Of a stretch of 64,000 nucleotides of DNA, positions 30,363-40,555 are shown in pieces (the first letter of the stretch is position 1; the number at the start of each line of letters is the position of its first letter). The stretch is from Candidatus Latescibacterota bacterium (GTDB lineage Bacteria; Latescibacterota; UBA2968; UBA8231). The notes under the pieces are model-generated. The model searched no databases. It was not told the origin of the DNA and saw only the letters and a program-made list of their open reading frames with translations. The stretch spans positions 2,048,001 through 2,112,000 of the forward strand of contig OZ252098.1 of NCBI GenBank assembly GCA_965248355.1, read 5' to 3'. The translations under genes were made by a program, and so were the position numbers.

Positions 30363-30610
30363 GGTCCTCCGACCGAGACCGGCGCCAGGGTGTCGCCAGC
30401 TATCACTGTGTGTGCGTAGGCGATGCAGGCGCGGATGTCTTCCAGTTCCAGCCCAGAGTAGTCGTCCAGGAGTTCCTCCTGTGTGGCTCCCTGGCTCAGC
30501 AGGCTCAGTATCAGCTCCACAGATATCCGCATGTCCCGCACGATGGGCTTGCCGCCGAATACTTCGGGACGGGCTGTTATGCGGTTCAGAAGTTCATCCC
30601 TGGTCGTCAT
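30332..30610 (-). CDS. DUF433 antitoxin
   Basis: RI...PEVFGGKP.VR..RI.V, E.L.DY..L..EDIRA..AYA. Confidence 0.9.
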   Translation of the reverse strand: MTTRDELLNRITARPEVFGGKPIVRDMRISVELILSLLSQGATQEELLDDYSGLELEDIRACIAYAHTVIAGDTLAPVSVGGPTCAELSTPD

Positions 30611-30722
30611 ATCTTCCCTCCGTTCATGGGTGGTCGGCTATCGAAGATAGGAGAAGGAGCGTCGGATGGCAGGTCGGAGGTCTCGCGGCCGTGACCGGCC
30701 CGCCGACCGGAGCCACGCGTTG

Positions 30723-32618
30723 CTACCAGGGCACCGAGTACGACGGGTCCTTGGCGAACCGCTCCATCCCCAGGTCGAGGCGGATACCCGCCCCCGGCGC
30801 CAGCCCGAGGGTGAACTGCCGGTCCTGCACCTCCACCACCCGATCCCCTAACTGCCCCTGGACCACCTCCCGGAACTGCTCCTCGTGCGTCTGGCCGGCG
30901 GCGGCCTCTTCGGCGCTCAGAGGACGGCGCTGCTGCCAGGAAGCACTGGTGAAACGGTGCTCGCCGAAAACGCCGGCCTGCACCACCATCTCCCGCGGCT
31001 CGGTGGCGCTGAGGTTCACCAGCTGCACCACGACGCGGTCCTCCTCGAGGACCTCCACCAGGGCGGCGACGTCGCGCGGCAGTCCGGGACGGCGGCGCCG
31101 GCAGTCGAAGTAGCGCAGCCGCGCCATTTGCAGGCCGCCGTTGTAGAGGTATAGCGGTCCGCCCATGGTCAGCTGCAGCAGCCCCTCCACGGTGATGGGG
31201 TTGCGCGCCTGGAGGTACCAGTCCCCGTAGGTCGCCGGGTCCTGCCGGTCGTCGCGCATGAAGGCCAGCCGCTGGTGCACCTGGGCGTGGTTGTGGCGCA
31301 GGATGTCGACCGGGAACCCGGGATACTCCCCCCGCAGCCATGAGAGCCAGGCGGCCTCGTGGCCGGCGCCGTGCTTGGAGCCGTGGGAGCGGATGCGGCG
31401 CCAGTCCTCGGACTCGTGGTTGCGCTGCTCCACGAGCCGGTCCGCGTCGGCGGCGTCCATCGTCATCTGCCAGATGTGCGTCATCGGGGCGGCCTGCATG
31501 GGCGCGAACCCGTCCCATCCCTTGTCGTGGTAGTGATGGGGGGCGTACAGGGTGGAGCCGCGCCTCTCCCCCTTCTCCATGAGCAGGTCGATCTGCGAGC
31601 GCGGGAACTCCATGTAACCGGGGTCGCGGCACATGAGAGCCGCGTTCTCGGCCGCAGCGGTCACCGCGTCGGCCATCAGGTGCCAGCCGTGGGGCCAGGT
31701 CCAGCCGTAGTAGCCTCCCCACCACTTGCCGTCGATGTACTCCCCGATCCTCCCCGACAGGCCGACGTTGTCGGGAAGGATGCCGCCGTTCTCCCGGGTG
31801 CGCTCCATCCAGCTTTCGGTGTACTCCACCACCCAGTCGCGGTACTTCGCCTCGCCCCCGAAGAGGTAGGCGTTGGTGACCAAAGTGGTGGCGCCGAGGT
31901 TGGTGGCCACGTCGCCGCGGCCCATGCGCTCGACGAGGGTGCGCCCCATCAACTCCTCCATGCCCGGCTTCCGGAGGTCCTCGACCGAGTCGATGCCGGG
32001 CAGGTCGTAAAACGGCAGAGGCCACGGCTTCCACTGGTCGTAGCGGTAGATGGTGTAGTGCTTGTCGAAGTTGCGGAAGGCCGGCCCCATCGATCCGTTG
32101 TGGGCGCATTTGATGAGCCTCTTCTCCGGATCGTAGTTGAGGGCCTCCGGATCCTCGTTGAGGTAGAAGCCGGCGTAACGTCTCGCCCTCTCGGCGTTGC
32201 GCTCGTTGCCCGGGTCGGCGAGGCAGAGGTTGTAGAAGAAGGCATACCCCTCCCCCTGGTGCATCCAGTCGTACCCCTGCTCGTACTCCTTGACCACCAT
32301 CGGGTGTCCGTGCCCGGTGTCGTAGCGGCTGAACTGGCGGGTGATCCCCTCCCAGGCGAGATGGGAGTGCTCGAGCAGGTGGTCCCCTCCTCCCATCAGG
32401 TAGAAGAGCGGCCAGTTGTGGAAGCTCTCGTAGGCGTCGTCCAGACCGTCGATGCCGGTGAAGTCTTCCCGGGTGGGCCACATGACCGAGCCGTCGGCGT
32501 GGACGTAGCGCTCCATCACGGGGGCGACCGAGTCGTCCATGAGGTCGATGAGGCTGCGCTCGAGCAGGGCCCATTCCGGCGGCTCGACAAAGGGGACGTT
32601 GGCTTCGATTCGGGTCAT
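30723..32618 (-). CDS. Hypothetical protein (631 aa)
   Basis: Long ORF with host-like codon usage; DG.DDAYESF.NWP, YDWMHQGEG, WWGGYYGWTWPHG; function not recognised. Confidence 0.8.
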   Translation of the reverse strand: MTRIEANVPFVEPPEWALLERSLIDLMDDSVAPVMERYVHADGSVMWPTREDFTGIDGLDDAYESFHNWPLFYLMGGGDHLLEHSHLAWEGITRQFSRYDTGHGHPMVVKEYEQGYDWMHQGEGYAFFYNLCLADPGNERNAERARRYAGFYLNEDPEALNYDPEKRLIKCAHNGSMGPAFRNFDKHYTIYRYDQWKPWPLPFYDLPGIDSVEDLRKPGMEELMGRTLVERMGRGDVATNLGATTLVTNAYLFGGEAKYRDWVVEYTESWMERTRENGGILPDNVGLSGRIGEYIDGKWWGGYYGWTWPHGWHLMADAVTAAAENAALMCRDPGYMEFPRSQIDLLMEKGERRGSTLYAPHHYHDKGWDGFAPMQAAPMTHIWQMTMDAADADRLVEQRNHESEDWRRIRSHGSKHGAGHEAAWLSWLRGEYPGFPVDILRHNHAQVHQRLAFMRDDRQDPATYGDWYLQARNPITVEGLLQLTMGGPLYLYNGGLQMARLRYFDCRRRRPGLPRDVAALVEVLEEDRVVVQLVNLSATEPREMVVQAGVFGEHRFTSASWQQRRPLSAEEAAAGQTHEEQFREVVQGQLGDRVVEVQDRQFTLGLAPGAGIRLDLGMERFAKDPSYSVPW

Positions 32619-33898
32619 GGGTCATGCGCCGCCTCTTCATGGCGCGCGGCGTAGATCGTGAGCCGGGTCGCTTCACCGATCTGCTCCAGCTCGGGGCGGC
32701 GCCCGGACAGGCGCAGGCTGTCCCTCACCAGGTTCAGGAATCCCTCCCCTCTCGCTTCCATGTAGCTGCGGCCTGTGAGGGCGCTCTTGTAGTCGCGCAT
32801 GAAGCCCGCCAGAAGCTGATTCCGGCGGACAGGCTGACAGCCCGCGTACAGGTTCTCGATGGTCAGCGTGTTGTAGAGGGCCCCGGGATTCTGGAACTCG
32901 ATCCGGTCGGGAAACATGCGGATGATGATCTGGGACCCCGCGATCTCGTAGTCCCGGTGGACGACGGCGTTCACGAGCGCTTCCTGGAGAGCCGTCTCCA
33001 CGTAGCTCGGATAGTCCATGCGGCCCTCTCCGTCCTTCCTGGAAAGGGTCGGAACCAGGGGAGATAGCCGGATATACGACAGGGCTTGGGCGATCTGCTC
33101 CGGCACGGGACCGGCGATCCGTTTGCTGTCCACGGTATTGCCGTCGGGTTCCTCGTGCGCGTAGGCGGCCAGATCGATGCAGGCGCCGTTCATGTGCTGC
33201 TCGGGTTGTTCGGCAAAGAGCAACAGGCCGAGGTGCGTCGGCGTCACCCCCGAGTCCAACTCCACGGCGAGCTTGTGGGACACGAGGGTCGAGCCCCGGT
33301 CCTCGGGCCAGGACCAGTCCGGGAAGCGATCGCGGAAATATCTCTCCAGGCGCACCTCGCTGAGATCGTTCAGATCGCTGCCCACGACCGGGCGTTCCTC
33401 TATGGGATCGGCCAGACGACGAGCACTCAACAGGCGTGCCAGCCGCTCGGGAGGGATGGATTGCCGGTGGCTTCCCAATCGTTGAAGAAAGCGCCCGTCG
33501 CTGGTCTGGTGTACATCGAACCTGGACATGGGGACTTCGATGATGAGACAGAGCTTCGGTACGTCGTCTTCTCCGGGCAGGTACTCCCAGTTCAACGACG
33601 GGACGATCATCGGCTTGCAGTTGTTCAGCGCGACATTGATGACGAACTGCTCCAGGAGATCGCGCTTTTCGGGGTCGATTCCGACGGGCACTCGATCGCT
33701 GTCGCGCACGCCCATCACGACCTCGCCCCCCTTCGTGTTGGCCATGCTGACGAATACCTCGGCGAGCCGGGACGCGGCGCGTCCTTCCTCCCTTGCCAGG
33801 GACACTCTGTCCCCCTGGAAGACGATCTCCTTCAGTTCGGGCTCGGTGTCTTCCCCCGCCCGGATTGAGCTCATGCGTTCTTCTTTGTCAATCGTCAT
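32615..33898 (-). CDS. AlbA_2 (Schlafen-like) domain + HATPase-like ATP-binding protein
   Basis: ELKE, SMANT.GG....GVRD; EALVNAVVHRDY, DRIEF.NPG, RN..LA, E.RGEG. Confidence 0.85.
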   Translation of the reverse strand: MTIDKEERMSSIRAGEDTEPELKEIVFQGDRVSLAREEGRAASRLAEVFVSMANTKGGEVVMGVRDSDRVPVGIDPEKRDLLEQFVINVALNNCKPMIVPSLNWEYLPGEDDVPKLCLIIEVPMSRFDVHQTSDGRFLQRLGSHRQSIPPERLARLLSARRLADPIEERPVVGSDLNDLSEVRLERYFRDRFPDWSWPEDRGSTLVSHKLAVELDSGVTPTHLGLLLFAEQPEQHMNGACIDLAAYAHEEPDGNTVDSKRIAGPVPEQIAQALSYIRLSPLVPTLSRKDGEGRMDYPSYVETALQEALVNAVVHRDYEIAGSQIIIRMFPDRIEFQNPGALYNTLTIENLYAGCQPVRRNQLLAGFMRDYKSALTGRSYMEARGEGFLNLVRDSLRLSGRRPELEQIGEATRLTIYAARHEEAAHDP

Positions 33899-34020
33899 CG
33901 TCGCCTCGCTCCGTGCCCGGCCGCCTCTGCGAGCGTCTCCGGCAGGACTCCACCGTCCGGCGGCTGGCCTTTCCCGTCGAATATACAGGTAGCGCCTGCC
34001 GTCGGAACGTCCACAATGGC

Positions 34021-34505
34021 GGTGGCCGTCGCCAGCCCGCCGACCATGGGAGCCGCGATCGCTTCATCACCTGCGACCCGGTGCCCGTGGCCCACATGAT
34101 CGGCAGCAGGCCGCCCACGGTCATGAAGATCTGCCGCACCCGCCTCGAGGCCCCCTCGACGATGGCGGCGGCGAGGTCTCCGGGGCTTTCGAGCCGGCCC
34201 TCCCTGCGGCGGCACTCGAGGGCCTGGTCGAGGTAGGTGAGCATGACCACCCCCAACTCGGCGCTGACCCCGGCGAGGGCGTTGCACCCCACGCCCTCGT
34301 CGTCGCCAGCTCCCCCGACCAGCGCGAAAGGCAGCGTCAACATCACAATGTGGCTTTCCACGACGCTGCGGAAGTGGAGGAAGAGGAGCAGGAAGATGAA
34401 TGGCCAAGGTCACCGGGACGACGAGACTATTCGTACTGCCCGCTCCAGATCAGGCTGGACCCCTGGGCAGGTCGATCGCCTCGCCCACGATCTTCCGGGC
34501 GCGCT
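34021..34505 (-). pseudogene. Degenerate copy of the 3' part of cusA
   Basis: Aligns with 48001..48554, with substitutions, frameshifts and deletions. Confidence 0.92.
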
Positions 34506-37500
34506 GTTCCCCTACCGAATCAGCGCCAGCTTTCCGACCCGGACCTGGTCACCGGCGACGAGGCGGTAGAGATACAGCCCCGAGGCGACGGGACGGTCCG
34601 CCCGGTCGGTGCCGAACCAGACGCGTTCGTGGAGCCCGGCGGTCAGGACCTGGCCATGGATCAACTCGACTACTCGTTGACCAGCCGTATTGTGAATGGT
34701 CAGGGTCACCGGCGCGGCGGCCGTCAACTGGAAGCGCAGGGTGGTTTCCGGGTTGAACGGGTTCGGCCCGGGGCGCACCGCCAGCGAGTCGGCTCCTGCC
34801 AGCCAGCTGGCCTCCGGCCCCTCGGCCACGGGCTTGGCGAAGATCACCACGTCGTCTTCGCCGGGTTCGGGGACCTCGCCCTCGGGCATCAGCTCGTCCT
34901 CGGTCTCTTCGTGCTCACCCCGGGCCCCTCGGCTGCCGCCGGGACCCAGGGCCGACGCCGAGATCTGGGCGGTGGTGCCGTAGCCGACATCGTTGCGGGC
35001 CCGCACCTGGAAGACGTACGGGGAGCCGTCGCCGAAGTTGGTCCAGCTCTTGCTGCGCGCGTCCGCCCCGCCGGTGCGGCGATACCAGCCGCGCCAGTCC
35101 TCGTCCCCGGTCTTCTTGTAGCGATAGTAGTAGTGCAGGATGGACGCGCCGTTGGAATCGGCCGTCTCCCAGGTCAGCTCCATGAACCCGTTTCCGCCCT
35201 GCCGGTCCGTGGCCAGGCTCTGCGGCGCCCCCGGGGGGCCGGCCGGGGTGACGCTGGTCGAAGCCGCCGGGCCCTCGCCGACCCCGTTCTCGGCCAGCAC
35301 CTCGAAAGTGTACGGGGTGCCGTTGGTCAGGTTTGTCATGAGCTTGGACCGGGCCCCGTGCCCGCCGCGGACGGTGGACCACGAGGACCAGGGCTCCGTG
35401 CCTTCCTGCCGGCGGATCTCGTAGTGCAGGATGTGGGAGCCGTTGGAATCGGCCGCCGACCAGGACACCGTCGTCCGGCGGCTGCCGCGCGGGGCCTCCA
35501 GGCTCTTCGGGGCCGACGGCCGGCCGGCGGGCTTGGCCCGCTCGCTGTCGCTCGGGCCGAAGCCGGCGCTGTTGTGGGCGCGCACGTAGAAAGTGTAGGT
35601 CGTGCCGTTGGTCAGGCCGGTCACCGTCTTGGTGCGGTCCGTGCCGGTCGACGCCCAACTGGTGCCGATGCGGCGCCACTGGTAGTAGTCGATGGTCGCG
35701 CCGTTGTGGCGCGGCTGGGTCCACGACAGACTCACCTGGTCGGCGCCGGGCGTCGCCGTCAGCGACGGCGCCCCCGGAGGGGCGGCCTGGACCGTCCCGG
35801 ACGTGCCGGCCGCGCCCTTGCCGGGACCGTGGGCATCGTCGTAGGAGACCGTCGCCCGCAGACGCCGGCCCGCGTCCTCGCTCTGCACCGTGTACCGCTG
35901 GCTGGTCGCGTCGGGGCGGTCGTCCGTGCTGCGAGTCGCGTAGCCCCACCCCCATTGGTCGCCGGTCACGCCCCCGTCCGGGTCGCGCAGCTCGGCGGTG
36001 ATGTGGTCGCCCACCGTGGGCGTGGGGTCCGACAGGGTCACGACGCCGGGCTCGTCCACGTTGGTCAGGGTGACCGTGGTGGAAACCGAGTGCTGGAGGC
36101 CGCCGGTGGGCCGGTCGCGGACCCCCACCCGGACCGAGTACGTCCGGCGCGTCTCGTAGTCAGGCTCTTCGAGGAACTCCAGTTGCCGCGTGTGGCCCGA
36201 TCCGGTGAGCTTGAAAGAGCCGGCCTGGGCGCCGCTGCGGCTGAAGCGCAGCGCGTCGCTGTCCGGATCGCGGCCCGTGTAGGTGCCCACCACCCACGGC
36301 GAGGAACCGCCTTCGGGCAGGGTCTTGGTCGACGGGCCGGTCACCGTCGGGGCTTCGTTCACGTCGGTCACCCGCACCGTCACTGCCACGGTCGCCGAAT
36401 CCGCCAGCGCGTGGGTGTCCTTGACCTTCACCGTCACCCGGTAGGGCGTGCGCCGGGCCTCGTAGTTCGGCGCGCTCTGGAAACGCAACGCCCGGCTCGA
36501 CCCCGACCCCTGCAACCGGAAAACGCCCGCATCCGCCCCCGCCCGCGACCACCTCAGCGCGTCCCCGTCCGGGTCGCTCGCTCGGTACGTAGCCACGGTG
36601 CCGGTGCCGTTCTCGGCGAAGGTCGTATCGCTCGGTCCCGACAGCGTCGGCACCCGGTTGGCGGTGTAAGCGCTGCGCGGGATCGACCAGGCCCCGTCCC
36701 CCTCTTCGTTCTCGGCCCGCACCCGCACGAAATACTGCGTGTGGGAGGCCAGCCCGGTCAGCGTCGTGCTCCGCGCCCCGGCGGGGTGTTCCTGATAGTA
36801 GCGCCAGGAAGCCTGGAGGCCGCTCTTGCAGTGGCCCCGGCACCACTCCACCCGGTACCCGTTGATCTCCGGCCGCCCCTCGTTGTCCGGCGCTTGCCAG
36901 CTCACGTTCAGCCGCTCATGCCCAGCCGTGGTCGGCACCGTCACCGGCGCCAACACCGGCGCCAACGGCGGCTCGTCCACGTCCGTCACCCGCACCGTCA
37001 CCCGCAGCGTGTCCGCCAGCGACTCCGGGTCCGTCCCCACCACGCCCACCGCGTACGTCCGGCGCGCCTCGTAGTCGGGGGCTTGCCGGAAGTGCAGGGC
37101 CTGCTTCGACGCCACCGGCCGGGCCAACTCCCGCAGATCGAAGGCCGCCGTGTCGGCGCCTGACAGGGACCACTCCAGCGCGTCCCGGTCCGGGTCGGTC
37201 GCCGTGTACGTCGCCACCGGGCCGGTGCCGTTCTCGGCCAAGGGGGGATGGCTCGGCCCGCTGACCGTCGGCCGGCGGTTCGGCGAAACCGGCGTCTCCC
37301 TCACACGGGCCGCCGGGCCGTAGCCCTCGACATTGTGGGCCCGGAGGTGAAAGGTGTACTCCCTGCCGTTGATCAGACCCGTCACCGTCGTGCTCCGGGC
37401 GGCGCCCCCGCCGGCGACCTCCGTCGTGTCCCCGGACCCGCTCCAATACTCGTAGCGGTCGATGGCCGAGCCGCTGTCGTCGGCCGCCTCCCAGGTCAGA

Positions 37501-39441
37501 GTCGCCTGGCGGTCCCCCGGGTCCGCCGACAGCTCCTTCGGCGGACCCGGCGCCACCCCCCGCACCGGCCGAGCCGACTGCCCCGTGGCCGTCTTGCCCG
37601 GGCCGTGGGCGTCGTCGTAGGTCACCGTCACCGACAGCCGCTGCCCCGCGTCCGACGGCCGCGGGGGGTACCGCGGGTTGTTCGCCGACAGGAGCACGGT
37701 CGGGACATCCCGGGGCCCCCGGGTCCCGTCCTCCGTGACGTGGCTCCACCGCCACGTTTTCTCCGTGTTGTCGGCGAGGCCGTCTTCGTCGACCAGCTGC
37801 GCGGTCACGGTCCGGTTCACCCGAGGCGGCGACGGCGTGAGCGTCACCCGGCCCGGATCGTCGATGTTGCCGATCGTCACCACCAGCGCCCGCGGCGACG
37901 ACCAGAGGGTCCCCACCCGGGCCCGCACCTGCACCTCGTGATCGTGATCCAGGTCCTGGTCGGTGGGGTTTTCATGGTCCGGCGCCCGGTGCTTGAAAGA
38001 CACCTGCCCCGACGCGTTGATCTGCAGTGTATCCCGCCGGGTCTGAGAATCCGCGCCGCGGATCTCCCAATCGCCCGCCGTCACCATCGCGCCGTTGCAG
38101 TCGATGGCCGCAAAGGTGGCGATCACACTGTCCGCCGGCGCCCGCTCCCGCACAAAGACACTGTCCGGCCCCCCCACCATCGTCGCGCACACCTCGGGCG
38201 TCGCCGGCCGGGTGCGCACGAGCCCGTCGCCGGCCGCGTTGTGCGCCCGCACCTCGAAGGTGTAGGGCAGGCCGTTGGTCAGGCCCGTCACCGTCGTGTC
38301 GCGGGCCGTGGGATCCTCCGGCGGCACCTTCGTCCACGCCGACGGTTCCCCACCCTGCGGTGTATACCGGCTCTGGTAATACTCGATCGGGGCCCCTCGG
38401 GCCGCCGCCGCCGCCCACGTCAACCTCACCTGCCGGTCCCCCGCCGCCGCCTGAAGATTCGCCACCGTGTCCGGCACGTCGATCGTGAGCCCCGTCGAGT
38501 CGAGGGCCGTCTGCCCCGGACCGTGGGCGTCGGTGTACGTCACGAGGGCCCGCAGACGGTGATGCAGGTCGCCGGACCCCGGCGTGTACGCGGCCTCGTC
38601 GGCGTCGATGGGCTGCCAGGCATCGCCGGCACGAGGCTTCTTGTGCCATTGCCACGCCAAGGCCGACACCGGCCCGTCCGGATCCCGCAGCGTCGCCGCC
38701 AGACGCCCGCCTACCCTTGGCCACGGTCGATCCGATCCCGGGTCCGGCGACAGCGTGACCGTGCCGTCTTCGTTGACATCGGTCACCGTCACCGTCGTCC
38801 GCTGCGTCGCGGTGGCAAACTCACTACCAGAGCTCTGCACACCTTTGATCGTTACGACATAGGTGGTATCATGGGCTGAACTCTCGTAGTCCGGCGGATT
38901 CCTGAACCCCAGGCGGACAGTCCGGCCGCTGCCGGTGACCGTGAAATAACCGTCATCCTCTCCCTCCACATCCTCCGCGCTCCACGCTCAGGTGTAAGAC
39001 CCCCTTGCGGGCAACTCCTCGCGCGGACCATAGGTCCCCACTTCCCGCTGGTGCTCCTCCACCCGGATCGTCGACGGCAACGTCAGGCCCCCGTAGTGCA
39101 GGACCTGAGTGTTCGAGCCCAAGCGAACGTTGCCCCCTTCGCCATGGAGGCAACGCTGGCCATGGGACAAGGTCGCTCCCGTCAGCAGCACCGTGCCCTT
39201 CAAATACCTACCCGCCTGCAGCACGCGAATCCCGTGCCAGGCCGCCGTCTGTGTCGGGGATACCGGCTTGAAGACATCGCTCGAGCCGTACAGATTCGCT
39301 TCCGGCCCCACGACGATTTCCACCAGGTTGGGGTGGGATTGAAACACAACATCGTCCGGCTTCCGGTAGTGTACCCCAAATCCTGGACAGGTGGCTAAGC
39401 GAGACTTTGCGTCCACCGACCCACTGTCCGGAGGGGCTTGG

Positions 39442-39735
39442 ATGACGAGGAAACGCAAGACGCATTCGGCGCAGTTCAAAGCCAAGGTGGCCTTGGAGGC
39501 TCTGCGCGAACGGCAGACGGTCAACGAGCTGGCCCACAAGTTCTCCGTCCACCCCAGCCAGATCCACGGCTGGAAGAAGCAGTTGCTGGAGCGGCTGCCC
39601 GAGGTCTTCCGGGGCCCCGGGACCCGCCGGGCCGACGACGAGGCCGCCTTGGTGCCCGAGCTCTACCAGCAGATCGGGCGGCTGCAGATGGAACTGGAGT
39701 GGCTTCAAAAAAAACACGAGGCTCTCGGTGGCTGA
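39442..39735 (+). CDS. IS3 transposase OrfA
   Basis: [30 protein letters not shown]. Confidence 0.9.
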   Translation: MTRKRKTHSAQFKAKVALEALRERQTVNELAHKFSVHPSQIHGWKKQLLERLPEVFRGPGTRRADDEAALVPELYQQIGRLQMELEWLQKKHEALGG

Positions 39736-40555
39736 GCGCCGCGCCCTCATCGAGCCGCACCCCGGCCCGCTGAGCGTGCATCGGCAGTGCCAACTGCTCG
39801 GGCTGGCCCGCTCCAGTTTCTACTACCGCCCGGAGGCGCCGGATCGGCTCACCCTCGACCTGATGAACGCCATCGACCGGATCTACACCGAGCACCCGGT
39901 CTACGGCGTGCGCCGGATCTGCGCGGCCCTGAGGCGGGACGGCTACCCGGTCAATCCCAAGCGCGTGCACCGCCTGATGAAGGCCCTGGGCCTGCAGGCG
40001 ATCTATCCCCGGCCGCGACCGACTACCCCCAACCCTCAGCACCGGGTCTATCCGTATCTGCTGCGAGGGGTGACCGTGAACCGGCCGGACCAGGTGTGGT
40101 GCAGCGACATCACCTATCTGCCGATGCCCTCCGGCTTCGTCTACCTGGTGGCGGTCATGGACTGGTTCAGCCGCTACGTGCTGGCCTGGCGGGTCTCCAA
40201 CACCCTCGACGCGGCCTTCTGCCTGGAGGCCCTGGAGGAAGCCCTGAGCCAGGGGCGGCCGGAGATCTTCAACACCGACCAGGGGGCCCAGTTCACCAGC
40301 ACCGCCTTCACCGGGCGGGTCGAGGCGGCCGGGGCCCGGGTGAGCATGGACGGCCGCGGCCGGGTGCTGGACAACATCTTCATCGAGCGGCTGTGGCGCT
40401 CCCTGAAGTACGAGGACATCTACCTGAAGGCCTACGACAGCGTCCCCGAGTTGATCGAGGGCGTGGCGGCCTACTTCCGCTTCTACAACCTCGAGCGGCC
40501 GCACCAGGCCTTCGACTACGAGACCCCCAGCGATGTCTACCACCGGGCGGCCTGA
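39728..40555 (+). CDS. IS3 transposase OrfB (DDE)
   Basis: [37 protein letters not shown]. Confidence 0.93.
   Translation: MAERRALIEPHPGPLSVHRQCQLLGLARSSFYYRPEAPDRLTLDLMNAIDRIYTEHPVYGVRRICAALRRDGYPVNPKRVHRLMKALGLQAIYPRPRPTTPNPQHRVYPYLLRGVTVNRPDQVWCSDITYLPMPSGFVYLVAVMDWFSRYVLAWRVSNTLDAAFCLEALEEALSQGRPEIFNTDQGAQFTSTAFTGRVEAAGARVSMDGRGRVLDNIFIERLWRSLKYEDIYLKAYDSVPELIEGVAAYFRFYNLERPHQAFDYETPSDVYHRAA

Noticed and set aside
34512..38969. 1485-aa ORF as an independent gene
   Set aside because: No signal peptide, GGAGG only 2 nt before the GTG, and the frame continues upstream past a single stop.
38988..38990. In-frame TGA as selenocysteine or genome-wide recoding
   Set aside because: Context fits a TGG-to-TGA change, the gene has three other lesions, and TGA is a normal stop throughout the window.
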